Both the position numbers and the translations under genes were made by a program. Positions 36,846 through 36,846 of a stretch of DNA of 36,846 bases are shown one piece after another. Numbering within the stretch: position 1 is the stretch's first letter; the number at the start of each line of letters is the position of its first letter. Under the pieces are notes generated by a model. The model made no database searches. It saw nothing but the letters and a program-made list of their open reading frames with translations, and was not told the DNA's origin. The stretch is from Gemmatimonadota bacterium. Its GTDB lineage: Bacteria > Gemmatimonadota > Gemmatimonadetes > Gemmatimonadales > GWC2-71-9. The stretch spans positions 1-36,846 of the forward strand of contig JBDHKN010000047.1 in assembly GCA_039586365.1 (NCBI GenBank), read 5' to 3'.

Positions 36846-36846
36846 G

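Noticed and set aside
1..36846. Mobile elements, tRNA/rRNA (including tRNA-Sec), CRISPR arrays
   Set aside because: No transposase or integrase ORF, cloverleaf or repeat-spacer array was seen by eye; a tRNAscan/Infernal run would be needed to exclude small RNAs.

Overview
This is a GC-rich (roughly 60-65%, estimated by eye) bacterial accessory region with about 30 protein genes. I saw no rRNA, tRNA, CRISPR array or transposase. The gene content (PadR plus ADOP-type duplicated permease, a Ser/Thr kinase with TPRs, several PD40/TolB propellers) suggests Gemmatimonadota or Acidobacteriota, which is inference only. From left to right: (i) a divergent arsenic-type locus, with arsR-arsM on + and SAM methyltransferase-cupin-ArsR-hypothetical on -, plus visible promoters and operator repeats; (ii) a minus-strand run of TetR, a PEP-utilising His-swivel kinase, an AhpD/CMD-like gene and a squalene/phytoene synthase-like gene; (iii) PadR-ADOP permease flanked by two pairs of secreted hydrolase plus outer-membrane barrel; (iv) TlpA, a dicarboxylate/amino-acid symporter, a flippase-like protein, a radical SAM enzyme, a triheme cytochrome and a Ser/Thr kinase; (v) a sigma54 two-component system upstream of secreted beta-propeller proteins; (vi) a partial Pit transporter. 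The best finding is that the AhpD-like gene, cut at 83 aa by the ORF caller, reads through a CxxU UGA. It apparently has a second UGA at its penultimate codon (…PWYG-U-G-stop), and each UGA is followed by its own SECIS-like hairpin, making it a candidate two-selenocysteine protein. Smaller findings include an amber-interrupted outer-membrane protein gene, an orphan permease C-terminal remnant, and a sigma54 promoter with candidate enhancer repeats.
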